The notes below the pieces were generated by a model. It was given only the letters and a program-made list of their open reading frames with translations, was not told the DNA's origin and did no database searches. Both the position numbers and the translations under genes were made by a program. Below, one piece after another: positions 19,900 to 30,395 of a stretch of DNA of 64,000 nt; position 1 is the stretch's first letter, and each line of letters opens with the position of its first letter. Source of the stretch: Nitrospirota bacterium (GTDB lineage: Bacteria; Nitrospirota; UBA9217); the NCBI GenBank assembly GCA_035623825.1, contig DASPSR010000049.1, positions 29,048 through 93,047 on the forward strand. The letters run 5' to 3'.

Positions 19900-20862
19900 A
19901 TGGAGCCGAAGGTATGTCTGGCGCTGGGGGGTGGGGCGGCGAGGGGACTTGCGCACTTGGGGGTACTCAAGGTCTTCGAGGATGCCCGAGTGCCGTTCGG
20001 CATGATCGCAGGCACCAGCCTGGGCGCTCTGATCGGCGGACTTTACGCGTCGCAACCCGATGCTAAGTACTGGATGGGCCGGGTGGAGCAGTACGTAAGA
20101 AGTTTCCGGTCCCGGAAGACCCGCCTTACGTTCCTCCAGAGACTGGAACAGTCTGATAACGTGGACCATGGATTCTTCACCGACATGGCCAACCTGATCC
20201 GCAAGGGGTACTTCTGGGGGGTCACCGCCACCAAGCCAGCTTTCATTTCCGAAAAAGAATATGAGGACTTCATCTACCCCTTGATCCCCGATATCACGAT
20301 CGAGCAGACCAAAATCCCCTTCAGCTGTGTCGCTACGGATATCCGTAACGGTCATCGAGTCCTCTATACGAGCGGTTCGCTCCGCAGGGCTATAAGCGCA
20401 AGCTGCGCCCTGCCGGGCATATTCCCGCCGGTTGTTGACGGCGATAAACTACTCGTCGACGGCGGGTGGGTGGAGCGCGTTCCCGTGCACTGTGCCAAGG
20501 ACTTGGGTGCCGATATTGTCATCGCGGTGGATGTGTCAAGCGAAATCGGCGGGTTTGAAGATAAGGTGGGGTTGGACGTGGTCCTCCGCGCAGATGCCGT
20601 GACCCGTATCTATCTGAACGAGCTGCTTATGGAGAAGGCGGATGTTGTCATCCACCCCGAGGTGGGCGCAACGCACTGGGCAGACTTCAGCAATCCGCGG
20701 GATCTGTACCGGCAGGGAGAGACCGCGGCTCTTGAAAAACTCGTGACCGTCAAAACCGTGATACACAGGGCTGCCGTGACCCCTGTTCAGCAGAAAACAA
20801 TTGCCGAGCAGATTAAAAAGATCACAGACAAGATCATCGAAAAAGTCGTTGGAGGGAGCTAA
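19900..20862 (+). CDS. Patatin-like phospholipase (RssA/NTE family)
   Basis: GGGAARG oxyanion hole, GTSLG nucleophile, DGG. Confidence 0.93.
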   Translation: MEPKVCLALGGGAARGLAHLGVLKVFEDARVPFGMIAGTSLGALIGGLYASQPDAKYWMGRVEQYVRSFRSRKTRLTFLQRLEQSDNVDHGFFTDMANLIRKGYFWGVTATKPAFISEKEYEDFIYPLIPDITIEQTKIPFSCVATDIRNGHRVLYTSGSLRRAISASCALPGIFPPVVDGDKLLVDGGWVERVPVHCAKDLGADIVIAVDVSSEIGGFEDKVGLDVVLRADAVTRIYLNELLMEKADVVIHPEVGATHWADFSNPRDLYRQGETAALEKLVTVKTVIHRAAVTPVQQKTIAEQIKKITDKIIEKVVGGS

Positions 20863-21219
20863 GTACACGCCGCATCGCACCCGGGCGTTTCGACAGGTAT
20901 TTTCTCCAGGTATCAACCATTCCTTATCCCAGACAGAGGGGACGACGTTTCATTCTTCCGATCCCTCCTTCTCGCGGGTTTCTGACTGCGAACTCGTGTC
21001 CGGCATCCCCCGGGTGAATTCCCGGAAGACCGGCTCAGGACGCCAAAGAACCAGAAGCAACCGGCAGAGAACCGGCCGAAGCGATGAGCGTGGGAGAAGG
21101 AAACACGATGGTTCTGGAGTGCCGAATGCGGAACGCTCATTCATTGGTCAATGGAACCCCGCTATAATAACACCGGCGATCTAGTGTCGGGTAGCTCAAA
21201 ACGTGGGTATATTCTGAAG

Positions 21220-21918
21220 ATGCATGTGCCAATCATCATTGCACACCGCGGCGATTCATCAAGAGCCCTCGAAAATTCGCTTGAAGCGCTTCGCCTTGCG
21301 CTCTCTCTCCCCGCAGATATGATTGAGATAGACATACGGAGGAGCCTGGACAACGCGCTCTACGTGATGCACGACAAGCACACCGGCAGGACCGCTGACA
21401 AAAATGTCGATATAGAACGGTCCACCTCGGAAGAAATATCACGGCTAACGCTGAAAAACGGTGAACCCATTCCTACACTCACGGATGCTCTCAATGTCGT
21501 GGGAGGAAATATTGGCTTGAATCTTGAGATCAAGAGCGATGGAGCGGGGAGGCTGACGGCCGAGCACCTCCGGGACTTCGAGCATCGGGGTACCGTGCTG
21601 ATCTCGTCTTTTCTGGAGGCAGAGATCCTATCTGTCCGAGATGTCGCCCCCTTTATCGCCATATCCGGTATTTTTGATTCATTCACCGTGAAAAATCTTT
21701 CAGCGTACCGTGCAAAAGGATACAGCTTGATAAGCCTGAGAAAGCAAACGGTGAGCAGAGAGTTGATAAAAGCCTGTCACGATCACGATGTCAAAGTATA
21801 CGTCTGGACAATCAATGGAGAGGACGAGATGGAGAAATTTATACTCTGGGAGGTGGACGGTATTTACACCAATAAGCCGTCAGTATTAAAAGGCCTGCTG
21901 CACGGATTGCAGCGGTGA
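21220..21918 (+). CDS. Glycerophosphodiester phosphodiesterase
   Basis: IIAHRG, EN, EIDI, MHD, LEIK, VWTIN, DGIYTN. Confidence 0.92.
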   Translation: MHVPIIIAHRGDSSRALENSLEALRLALSLPADMIEIDIRRSLDNALYVMHDKHTGRTADKNVDIERSTSEEISRLTLKNGEPIPTLTDALNVVGGNIGLNLEIKSDGAGRLTAEHLRDFEHRGTVLISSFLEAEILSVRDVAPFIAISGIFDSFTVKNLSAYRAKGYSLISLRKQTVSRELIKACHDHDVKVYVWTINGEDEMEKFILWEVDGIYTNKPSVLKGLLHGLQR

Positions 21919-21929
21919 GGGGGGCAGGC

Positions 21930-23537
21930 ATGTCCGGTAATGGCGATCCCAGCCTCGATCGAACCTTCGACATTATCGTGATTGGCGGGGGCATTACGGG
22001 CGCCGGCACCGCACGGGACGCGGCGCTTCGCGGTCTTTCCTGTTTGCTCCTCGAAAAAGGAGACTTCGCTTCGGGCGTGACGTCCAGATCCACTCGCCTG
22101 ATTCATGGAGGCCTGCGGTATCTGGCGAATTTCGAGATGGGTCTGGTAGCCGAGTCTCTCCGCGAACGAGCCATCTTACGCCGGCAGGCGCCTTATCTCA
22201 TTCATCCTATGCCAATACTCATTCCCATCTATAAGGGCGATCAGCATGGAAGAACGGTCATTTCCATCGGTATCCATCTTTATGATATGCTGTCACACGA
22301 GAAGGAAATCCCGCACTATTTTGTCTGCGGGAGAGAAAAAGCGTTGCGATTCGAGCCTCGCCTGAACCAGGAAGGCCTCAAAGGCAGTGCACTGTTCTAC
22401 GACCATCAGATCATGATGCCAGAACGACTCGTAATCGAGAACATAATTGGAGCCCGCGAAGCAGGGGCCAAAATGCTGAACTATGTTCGCGCAGAGAGGA
22501 TCGAAGAGACGAACACCGGCATCGCTGTCGCGGCGCGGGACGTTCTAACAAATCGGGCACATACCTTCCGCTCGAAAGTCCTGATCAATGCGGCAGGCCC
22601 ATGGATAGATATGGTTCGGGCGGCCGGACACATCGATACCAACAGAATCATATTCCCGACGAAAGGGATCCATCTCGTTTTCCCTAAATTCTCCGAGCAA
22701 GCTTTGTTCGTTTCAGCCCGGGACGGAAGGATGTTCTTTATCATTCCTCTTGATGCGTACTCTCTCATTGGCACGACGGATACGAGATACCAGGGCGATC
22801 TGGATGAGGTGCATGCCGACAGCGATGATGTGAACTACCTCCTCGTTCAAAGCAGGCGAATCCTGCCGGGTATGAACCTCACACGAGAGAGGATCCTTTA
22901 TACGTATGCGGGGATACGACCGCTCGCCTTTTCGGGATCGAGCGAGTCCAAAATATCACGCAAGCATCGGGTCATCAGGGAGGGGAGGAACAAAAGGGTC
23001 ATCACAATCGCGGGAGGCAAACTCACAACCTACCGGGCAATGGCGAAAGACGTCATGGATGCGGCGTGCGGGACGCTGGGCGTGAAGAGCGTCTGCATCA
23101 CAGATAAGAAGCCATTGGCTGGCGGCCTGCCTACTGGGTACGATGATTACCTGAAGGCAGCCGTGCCTGAGATGTCGGCACGGCATAAGCTTAGCGTGGA
23201 GACTGTGCGCCATTTAATCCAGCTCTACGGCTCGCGAGCACAACGGGTGCTCGATCTCGTCGCGATGGATCCGGACCTGGGTGAGGCCATCTCACCAGAG
23301 AGCAGGGACATCTATGCCCAGGTTTTGTACAGCGTACTGGAGGAAGGTGCGAAGACTCTTTCCGACATCATTCTCCGCAGGTTGCATCTCGGGATGACTG
23401 GAACACGAGGGCAGAAGCAGGCAGAAAAGATCGCCGAAATCGCGGGGAAAGAACTCGGGTGGTGCCGGGAAGAAGTGCGACATTATGTGGATGATTTCAA
23501 AAAGGAACTGATCAAGGACAATGCGTGTCTGAAATAA
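21930..23537 (+). CDS. glpD: FAD-dependent glycerol-3-phosphate dehydrogenase
   Basis: IGGGITG, SRSTRLIHGGLRYL, GTTD, GGKLTTYRAMA. Confidence 0.92.
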   Translation: MSGNGDPSLDRTFDIIVIGGGITGAGTARDAALRGLSCLLLEKGDFASGVTSRSTRLIHGGLRYLANFEMGLVAESLRERAILRRQAPYLIHPMPILIPIYKGDQHGRTVISIGIHLYDMLSHEKEIPHYFVCGREKALRFEPRLNQEGLKGSALFYDHQIMMPERLVIENIIGAREAGAKMLNYVRAERIEETNTGIAVAARDVLTNRAHTFRSKVLINAAGPWIDMVRAAGHIDTNRIIFPTKGIHLVFPKFSEQALFVSARDGRMFFIIPLDAYSLIGTTDTRYQGDLDEVHADSDDVNYLLVQSRRILPGMNLTRERILYTYAGIRPLAFSGSSESKISRKHRVIREGRNKRVITIAGGKLTTYRAMAKDVMDAACGTLGVKSVCITDKKPLAGGLPTGYDDYLKAAVPEMSARHKLSVETVRHLIQLYGSRAQRVLDLVAMDPDLGEAISPESRDIYAQVLYSVLEEGAKTLSDIILRRLHLGMTGTRGQKQAEKIAEIAGKELGWCREEVRHYVDDFKKELIKDNACLK

Positions 23538-23598
23538 TCGGGCATACAAGATCAAAACGAGGCAGCATGGTCATCCGGTAACGGATGGAGAACTTCCT

Positions 23599-24048
23599 AT
23601 GAACTGGGCGCATGTGCATCTCATGATAAATCATTTTCCGGTCATCGGTACTCTTGGGGCTGTTCTTCTGCTCGTTTATGCTCTTGTCAGGAAAAGCGAA
23701 GATGTGAAGAAAGTGAGCTTGGGCCTGTTCGTGCTCATCGCATTGACGACCCTTGCTGTATATTTCACGGGTCAGAAAGCCGAAGAAGCGGTCAAGAATC
23801 TTCCAGGTGTAACCGAAGCCTATATCAGCAGGCACGAGGAAGCGGCTTCTCTTGCGCTTGTGTTGATGGGAGCGCTGGGCGCCATAGCCTTCGTCGGGCT
23901 TTTCCTGCTCCGACGATCCGGCTCCATACCGAGATGGGTCGTGATCTTGGTACTCGTGTTGTCTCTGGTTGTCGCGGGAGCCGTCGGCCTGACGACGAAC
24001 CTTGGCGGCCAGATCCGCCATCCTGAAATTCGGGACCATGCTAAATGA
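23599..24048 (+). CDS. DUF2231-like four-TM membrane protein
   Basis: HLMINHFP, TG..A, HEEAA, GGQIRH; conserved-looking histidines. Confidence 0.7.
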   Translation: MNWAHVHLMINHFPVIGTLGAVLLLVYALVRKSEDVKKVSLGLFVLIALTTLAVYFTGQKAEEAVKNLPGVTEAYISRHEEAASLALVLMGALGAIAFVGLFLLRRSGSIPRWVVILVLVLSLVVAGAVGLTTNLGGQIRHPEIRDHAK

Positions 24049-24103
24049 GATATAGTACGTCTCTTTTTTAAATATTCGTGGGGAGGAAATCACCGGAGGT
24101 CTT

Positions 24104-25003
24104 ATGGCTCAGTTGATGAAAGGGATCGATATTTCTTCAAAGATCATAGCGGCGGTCAAGGAAGAGACTGCCCGGCTCTCGAAGCACGGCATTCGGGCTG
24201 GCCTGGCTCTAATGCTCGTAGGTGATGACAGGTCATCCTACATGTACTATCAGGCTATCCAAAGCGCAGCGGTACGGGTCGGGATCGATATCTTTAACCA
24301 TACCTTACCCGCCACAGCGTCCATGAACGAGATTTTGAATCTGATAAAAACGCTCAACAACGACGAGCGAGCAAACGGCATCCTCGTATTCATGCCGCTT
24401 CCTCCTCACATCGACACCAGAAAGGTAGTAAACGCTATCGCGCCTGAAAAGGACGTCGATGGACAGGGCGCAATTTCTGTTGGCCGTCTTTCGGCGGATG
24501 AGTCTACGTCCCAGCTCTTCGAGTCCGGGATTACTCTGTCCGTCAGGTCAACCTTTCTTCCATGTACGCCTTACGGCGTCATGAGGATGTTGGAACATTA
24601 CGGCGTTGATCTTAAGTCGAAGAAGGTTGTGATAGTCGGCAAAAGCTTGGCAGTTGGCAAACCGCTCGCGATGATGATGCTCGCCAAGGAGGCTACAGTC
24701 ACCGTCTGCCATCGTGAGACCAAGGACCTCGGCGGTGAGACCAGACTGGCCGATATTCTTTGCACCGCGACCGGACGACCGGGTCTGATTAAGGCTGACA
24801 TGGTAAAAGAAGGTGCGGTTGTTGTGGACATCGGGATCAACGTCTTGCGGGACGGAAGGACTGTAGGGGACGTCGATTTTGAGCCGGTCTCGAAGAAGAC
24901 ATCCCTCATTACACCCGTACCCGGAGGAGTTGGCCCAGTGACCATTGGCATCCTTCTGAGAAACACGGTTGTTTCCGCCAAACGCATGGTAGGTGTTGGC
25001 TGA
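24104..25003 (+). CDS. folD: FolD-family methylenetetrahydrofolate dehydrogenase (divergent cyclohydrolase site)
   Basis: PEKDVDG, PCTP, VGKP, DIGIN, GDVDF, TPVPGGVGP. Confidence 0.9.
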   Translation: MAQLMKGIDISSKIIAAVKEETARLSKHGIRAGLALMLVGDDRSSYMYYQAIQSAAVRVGIDIFNHTLPATASMNEILNLIKTLNNDERANGILVFMPLPPHIDTRKVVNAIAPEKDVDGQGAISVGRLSADESTSQLFESGITLSVRSTFLPCTPYGVMRMLEHYGVDLKSKKVVIVGKSLAVGKPLAMMMLAKEATVTVCHRETKDLGGETRLADILCTATGRPGLIKADMVKEGAVVVDIGINVLRDGRTVGDVDFEPVSKKTSLITPVPGGVGPVTIGILLRNTVVSAKRMVGVG

Positions 25004-25170
25004 TGCGAGGAGACCGGGATCAGAAAGCAGCGGAAGGAAGTCTATTCTCTTGATATCCGGTCGCATTGCGGTCGGGATAAACAAGAACGGCGCCGGCGGA
25101 CAAATATCTGCCGCACAAAATGCCCGTGCCGATCACCGGTTGTGAGCTGTCCCGCGGACCGCTGAAAAAG

Positions 25171-26352
25171 CTATTTCGGGGAGACCTTCAGTTCCAGGGA
25201 ATTCGCCGTCGAGTTCACGACTTCGACCGTAAAAGCGCCGAAATCCCTGAGCAGCAGATCATCGGAAAGGGTCTGGGTGCTCACCTTGGAATCAACCGAT
25301 ATTCGTGCTGTCGTCCCGTTAAAGCTCCGCTCATGTAAATCCTTAATGCCGCGGACCTGGTTCCTGAGCACGTCTTTGAACTTCACGAACTGGGTTTTAT
25401 TCAGGCCCGTTATTGTGATGTCGACAGACCTCGTACCGCCTGCCTCCCGGGAGTAGACGGCGAGAATCTTCTCCATCATCTGCTCCGCTGCCTGATTTGA
25501 CGCTTTCTTAAGAGCATCGATTCCAGCGGTGGTATCAGTGATGTGCACGGCGGCGGCGTGGGTAGTTACCGTCGCTATCACCTGGCCCGTATCGGTGCGA
25601 ATCGCCTTGGCAGAAAGGTCAGCCTGCACCGATTTCATCCCACCTCCGACATCGCCGTACAATTTGGCAACCGCGTTGCCCACGATCACGACCTCGGCGT
25701 CTGCCTGATTGCCCAGCGTCTTGGCCTGTTCAGCAGAAAGGTTCTGGATTTTATATGCCGCAGTCACCTTGATCTCTTTTGCGGCAGCAGCGTGGTCGAT
25801 AAATTCAAAACCCTTTTGCGTAAAAACATCCATGAAAGTGTTCTCCACGACGCCGATATCCGTCTGCTCTCCCTGATATCCCCACCACCAGGCGTGCCAC
25901 TCGCGTCCGACATTCTGTTCAGCGATCATGATCATGGTCCGGGGCTTATGCATCTGGCCGAGGAGAATGCCGATGGCGGAAAGATCGTTGTTTAGCTGGC
26001 CCAGAGCGACCTCGGCGTTTATACGGACACGCAGCAGTCCATTGTCTGTGGTCTCGCTCGCGATATTATAATGCTTGATGTACCCCTTTGTCTGCGAGAG
26101 GATCTTGTCGCTGATGAGCTGATAGTTCTCGACCTGGGTCTGAGAATCGATCAGGATGCCGACAGCCATTTCGACCGCCCTCTTTTGGGCGTCCTCAAGC
26201 GCGGCATCGCGTGCCATGTCGACCGCTCCCTGCTGTATCGCAGCAACACCCTCAGCCGTTACTACCTTCGTCTCCTGGGCCGAAGCAGCGTGTGTGAACA
26301 TCAGCAACCATAGAGATAGAGGCAAAACCCATAATCTTGTGACGCGCACCAT
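25171..26352 (-). CDS. Secreted protein with FlgT-N/LPP20-like N-terminal domain
   Basis: GGAGG RBS, signal peptide ending ASA-QET, then AEG.A...ARDAALEDA...AVE..VG..I.S.T.VENY pattern. Confidence 0.7.
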   Translation of the reverse strand: MVRVTRLWVLPLSLWLLMFTHAASAQETKVVTAEGVAAIQQGAVDMARDAALEDAQKRAVEMAVGILIDSQTQVENYQLISDKILSQTKGYIKHYNIASETTDNGLLRVRINAEVALGQLNNDLSAIGILLGQMHKPRTMIMIAEQNVGREWHAWWWGYQGEQTDIGVVENTFMDVFTQKGFEFIDHAAAAKEIKVTAAYKIQNLSAEQAKTLGNQADAEVVIVGNAVAKLYGDVGGGMKSVQADLSAKAIRTDTGQVIATVTTHAAAVHITDTTAGIDALKKASNQAAEQMMEKILAVYSREAGGTRSVDITITGLNKTQFVKFKDVLRNQVRGIKDLHERSFNGTTARISVDSKVSTQTLSDDLLLRDFGAFTVEVVNSTANSLELKVSPK

Positions 26353-26538
26353 CTGGCTACCTCCTTCGAACATATACGTAACTATATCAGAGACGACCTG
26401 TGCGGTCAAGGCCAGAGGTACCGAACCCCAACCACCGGAAAGGTGTTCAGTAGAGCCCGTTGGCACAAATTTTCTGGATATTTTGGAGGAGAGGTGATAA
26501 AATTTGAAAAACGAGAAATTTGAGCGAGGAATCGCTTC

Positions 26539-27249
26539 ATGTCCAGGCTGTCCGTGAATATCGACCATATAGCTACGATTCGGCAGGCGAGAAAGGGTGT
26601 CGAACCCGACCCGATTGCCGCGGCCGTAATCGCCGAACTAGCAGGCGCAGATGGTATCATCGCGCACCTCCGGGAAGACCGGCGACATATTCATGACCGC
26701 GACCTGAAGCTGCTCCGCGAGATTGTGCAGACCAAGCTGAACCTCGAAATGGCTGCAACCGAAGAGATGCGGCTGATCGCGGTACAAACCAAACCGGATA
26801 TGGCAACGCTTGTGCCGGAGAGAAGGGAAGAGCTTACGACCGAAGGAGGGCTCGAAGTGGCTTCCCGTGTCCCTTTTCTTACTGAGTATGTCGCACATCT
26901 CAGGCGAGGAGGGATTGCCGTCAGCCTCTTTATCGATCCTGACGAAGAGCAGATCGAGGCGTCGAAAAGGACCGGCGCGGACTGGGTGGAGATACACACG
27001 GGCGCGTACGCGAACGCCAGGGCCGGAAAAGAGCGCGAACGGGAACTCTTGAAGATCGTAGAGAGCGCAAGGCTCGCGGCAAGCCTGGGACTACGCGTGG
27101 GCGCAGGCCACGGCTTGAACTATTCGAACGTGCAGCAGATTTCCCGGATTTCTGAAGTGCAAGAGCTGAACATCGGCCACAGCATTATTTCACGAGCATC
27201 GCTCGTCGGGCTTGAGCGTGCCGTGAGAGAGATGAAGCAATTACTTTGA
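26539..27249 (+). CDS. pdxJ: Pyridoxine 5'-phosphate synthase
   Basis: [35 protein letters not shown]. Confidence 0.97.
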   Translation: MSRLSVNIDHIATIRQARKGVEPDPIAAAVIAELAGADGIIAHLREDRRHIHDRDLKLLREIVQTKLNLEMAATEEMRLIAVQTKPDMATLVPERREELTTEGGLEVASRVPFLTEYVAHLRRGGIAVSLFIDPDEEQIEASKRTGADWVEIHTGAYANARAGKERERELLKIVESARLAASLGLRVGAGHGLNYSNVQQISRISEVQELNIGHSIISRASLVGLERAVREMKQLL

Positions 27250-27293
27250 TTTTTCAGCTTTGAATTTTGAGTTTGCGGTGCATGGAGGGAGAC

Positions 27294-27698
27294 ATGATCA
27301 TCGGTATCGGTATTGACCTGGTGAAGATCGACCGTATCGACAAGGCTGGAAAGAATCATTCAGGATTTATTGAGAGAGTATTCACTGAGCGGGAGCGTGC
27401 ATACTGCTCCCGGCAAAAATTTCCGGCGCAGCACTATGCGGGCAGGTTTGCGGCCAAAGAGGCCGTGCTCAAGGCCATCGGCACGGGGTGGAGCGCCGGC
27501 GTGAAGTGGACGGATATCGAGGTGCTTCATGGCGACGGCGGAGGTCCGATCGTAAACATATCCGGGAGGATCAAGGACCTCATGGACCTTAAAGGCGTCA
27601 AGCAAATACTGCTCAGCTACTCCCATGATGAAGGTTATGCCGTGGCTCATGTGGTGCTCGCGGGAGGCACGGTACATTCGGCAAGTGAACCGCGATAG
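27294..27698 (+). CDS. acpS: Holo-ACP synthase
   Basis: GIGIDLV, GRFAAKEAVLKAIGTG, SYSH. Confidence 0.96.
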   Translation: MIIGIGIDLVKIDRIDKAGKNHSGFIERVFTERERAYCSRQKFPAQHYAGRFAAKEAVLKAIGTGWSAGVKWTDIEVLHGDGGGPIVNISGRIKDLMDLKGVKQILLSYSHDEGYAVAHVVLAGGTVHSASEPR

Positions 27699-27743
27699 AA
27701 AGTGTTTGTGGTAAGCGCTCACCCTCATGAACGGGAAAAACTG

Positions 27744-29285
27744 ATGAAGATTGCTACAGCAGCGCAGATGAGGAACATCGACCGCAGGGCGATCAAGGAA
27801 TTCGGCATCCCCGGTCCGGTCCTTATGGAGAACGCGGCAGCGTCCGTTATGGCCGAGATGGACTCCTTCTTCGACGGTCTTGCCGGCGTGAAAGTCGGCA
27901 TCATCTGCGGCAAGGGCAACAACGGCGGAGACGGCATGGCTTTGGCCCGGCGGCTCATGATACGCGGCGTGCCGGTTCGGGTAGCGTTGCTTGCCTCCTT
28001 CGGCACAGTCACGGGTGAAGCGAAGGTCAATCTGTCCATCCTCAGGAAGACATGTGTCGAGATTATCGAAAATGCGTCGACAGGTGCCATTGCCGATGTT
28101 GTAGCGTGGTCCGATATTCTGGTCGACGCGCTCATCGGCGTAGGTCTCTCAACGGCCCTCACGGGGACCTATGCTTTTGCCGTGGAGATGATGAATGCGT
28201 CGGGTAAACCTCTGGTTGCCGTAGACATGCCCACCGGCATCAACGCCGACACGGGTGATGTCATGGGATCGGCGATCAGGGCTGACCTTACGGTCACATT
28301 CGCGCTCCTTAAGCGCGGACTCGCGCTCCATCCTGGCGCGCGGCATGCCGGAACGGTGCGGATTGCCGATATCGGCATCCCGTTCGAGGTCATGGAAAAG
28401 GAAAAAATTAACACTCATCTTTTAGATCGCGGGTACGCATGGGGTCTTCTCGGCCGCCGAGCCCCGGATTCGCACAAGGGCGATTTCGGCCACCTCATGG
28501 TCGTTGCCGGTTCACTCGGAAAGGCCGGGGCGGCGGTCATGGCCGCCCGCGGCGCCCTTCGGGCCGGCGCAGGACTCGTGAGCGTTGCCACGCCGAACAG
28601 CCTCGTCTCCATTATTCAACAGCAAATTTTCGAGGCCATGTGCATTCCATCAGCGGAAAGCATCGACGGGACATTTGGCATTGGAGCAGAGGATGAACTG
28701 CTCAAGGCTGCTGCGAGGCTGAGCGCCTGTGCTGTCGGACCTGGTCTTTCGACCCACTATGAGACGGTCCAAATGGTGCGGATGCTGGTTCAACGTCTTA
28801 CCATCCCAATGGTGATTGACGCAGACGCGATAAACGCTCTTGCCGGCTCTCTCGATGTGCTCAAGAAGACCAAAGCGCCTGTCATCATGACGCCTCATCC
28901 CGGCGAACTGGGCAGGCTTCTCGGCATCTCATCCGGAGATGTGCAGAAGGACAGGATTGGCGTTGCAGCCGCTTTCGCCGCGAAATACAAGATAATACTC
29001 GTGCTCAAAGGCGCTGGCACGGTGATAGCGATTCCCGACGGCCGTCTGTTCGTCAACTCCACGGGGAACCCCGGCATGGCGACGGGCGGCACGGGTGATG
29101 TGCTTACCGGTATGATTGGCAGCCTTTTGGCGCAGGGATATACCGCAGCGGAAGCATCATGCCTGGGTGTCTATCTCCACGGCTTGGCAGGCGACCTGGC
29201 TGCGAAGGAGAAAGGCGAGACAGGCATGATTGCCGGGGATCTGATAGAGAAGATCCCGGATGCGATAAGCGAAGCCATGAAATGA
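27744..29285 (+). CDS. nnr: Bifunctional NAD(P)HX epimerase/dehydratase (YjeF)
   Basis: LMENA, GKGNNGGDG, HKG, GPGL, DADA, TPHPGE, GGTGDVL. Confidence 0.95.
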   Translation: MKIATAAQMRNIDRRAIKEFGIPGPVLMENAAASVMAEMDSFFDGLAGVKVGIICGKGNNGGDGMALARRLMIRGVPVRVALLASFGTVTGEAKVNLSILRKTCVEIIENASTGAIADVVAWSDILVDALIGVGLSTALTGTYAFAVEMMNASGKPLVAVDMPTGINADTGDVMGSAIRADLTVTFALLKRGLALHPGARHAGTVRIADIGIPFEVMEKEKINTHLLDRGYAWGLLGRRAPDSHKGDFGHLMVVAGSLGKAGAAVMAARGALRAGAGLVSVATPNSLVSIIQQQIFEAMCIPSAESIDGTFGIGAEDELLKAAARLSACAVGPGLSTHYETVQMVRMLVQRLTIPMVIDADAINALAGSLDVLKKTKAPVIMTPHPGELGRLLGISSGDVQKDRIGVAAAFAAKYKIILVLKGAGTVIAIPDGRLFVNSTGNPGMATGGTGDVLTGMIGSLLAQGYTAAEASCLGVYLHGLAGDLAAKEKGETGMIAGDLIEKIPDAISEAMK

Positions 29286-29336
29286 TCCCGGCAAAAAGAG
29301 CGAAAGTGTAAAATTCAGAACAATGGTGGTGACATC

Positions 29337-29795
29337 ATGCTGACCGCGAAAGATATCATGACCAGGGACGTCGTAACGGTTAAACCGGAGACCTCCATAG
29401 AGGAACTAGCTTCCCTCCTCATGAAGAATGAGATCAGCGGAGCGCCGGTCCTGGACGATGCGGGCTCGCTGTTCGGGATCGTGACCGAGAACGATCTCAT
29501 CAGCCGAAACAAGCGTCTGCACATCCCAACGGTGGTAAGCTTCCTCGACGCAGCTATCTACATCGAGAGCTCCAGGAAATTCGAGGAGGAAGTGAAGCGC
29601 ATGGCCGCGACCAAGGTCGGTGATATCTGCATCCGAAAAGTTGTCACGATCACAGGAGAAACGACGGTAGTGGACATTGCCACGATCATGGCCGAGAAAA
29701 AAGTGCACCTGCTCCCGGTTATCGAGGGGGGCAAGGTCATCGGCATAGTCGGCAAGCGAGACATGGTCAAAGCCGTCGGACGGCAGGTTGAATGA
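29337..29795 (+). CDS. CBS-pair domain protein
   Basis: AKDIMT, ISGAPV.D, GIVTENDL, LPV...GIV. Confidence 0.9.
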   Translation: MLTAKDIMTRDVVTVKPETSIEELASLLMKNEISGAPVLDDAGSLFGIVTENDLISRNKRLHIPTVVSFLDAAIYIESSRKFEEEVKRMAATKVGDICIRKVVTITGETTVVDIATIMAEKKVHLLPVIEGGKVIGIVGKRDMVKAVGRQVE

Positions 29796-30292
29796 TGTTC
29801 AGCGTGATCACGTCTAGCCCGGAGCAAACCTGGCAGGTTGGCCGAATACTTGGATCACGACTCCAATCAGGCGACACGGTCTGCCTATACGGCGATCTCG
29901 GTGCAGGCAAGACGAGCTTTTCCTACGGCATCGCGCTGGGGCTTGAAGTGCATGATCAGTATATCACCAGTCCGACGTTTACCTTTGTGAACGTGTACAA
30001 GGGGCGGGTTCCGTTTTACCATATTGATCTCTACCGTCTCGAAGAACCCGAAGAGCTAGAGGGAATCGGATTCGAGGAGTATATTGATTCCGACGGCGTG
30101 ACAGTGATAGAATGGGCCGAGCGCGCGGAGGATGAACTCCCTGCGGAACGGCTCAGCGTGTATCTCAACTACGTAGATGATCGTAGCCGCGAGATAGGAT
30201 TCCTGGCCGAAGGGGAAAGGTACGAGAAACTGCTGCATGACTTGAGCAGACAATTAGTCGGCAACAGGATTTTTTACACAGAAAAGGGATAG
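29792..30292 (+). CDS. tsaE: t6A biosynthesis ATPase TsaE
   Basis: GDLGAGKT, SPTF, HIDLYR, IEW. Confidence 0.96.
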   Translation: MMFSVITSSPEQTWQVGRILGSRLQSGDTVCLYGDLGAGKTSFSYGIALGLEVHDQYITSPTFTFVNVYKGRVPFYHIDLYRLEEPEELEGIGFEEYIDSDGVTVIEWAERAEDELPAERLSVYLNYVDDRSREIGFLAEGERYEKLLHDLSRQLVGNRIFYTEKG

Positions 30293-30395
30293 CGTCATCA
30301 GGATAGACCGTTTCAAATGAGGCGGGACGTCGAATAGGTCATGCGGCATGCCGTCCCTTCTTCGTGATAAAGAACGCTACGGGTGAACTCACGGA

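Noticed and set aside
20920-21090. SAM-I riboswitch-like words (CTTATC, AGAGGGGA, AGCAACCGG, GATGAG)
   Set aside because: Spacing is wrong, the GGTGC partner of P3 is missing, and the downstream gene is unrelated to sulfur metabolism.
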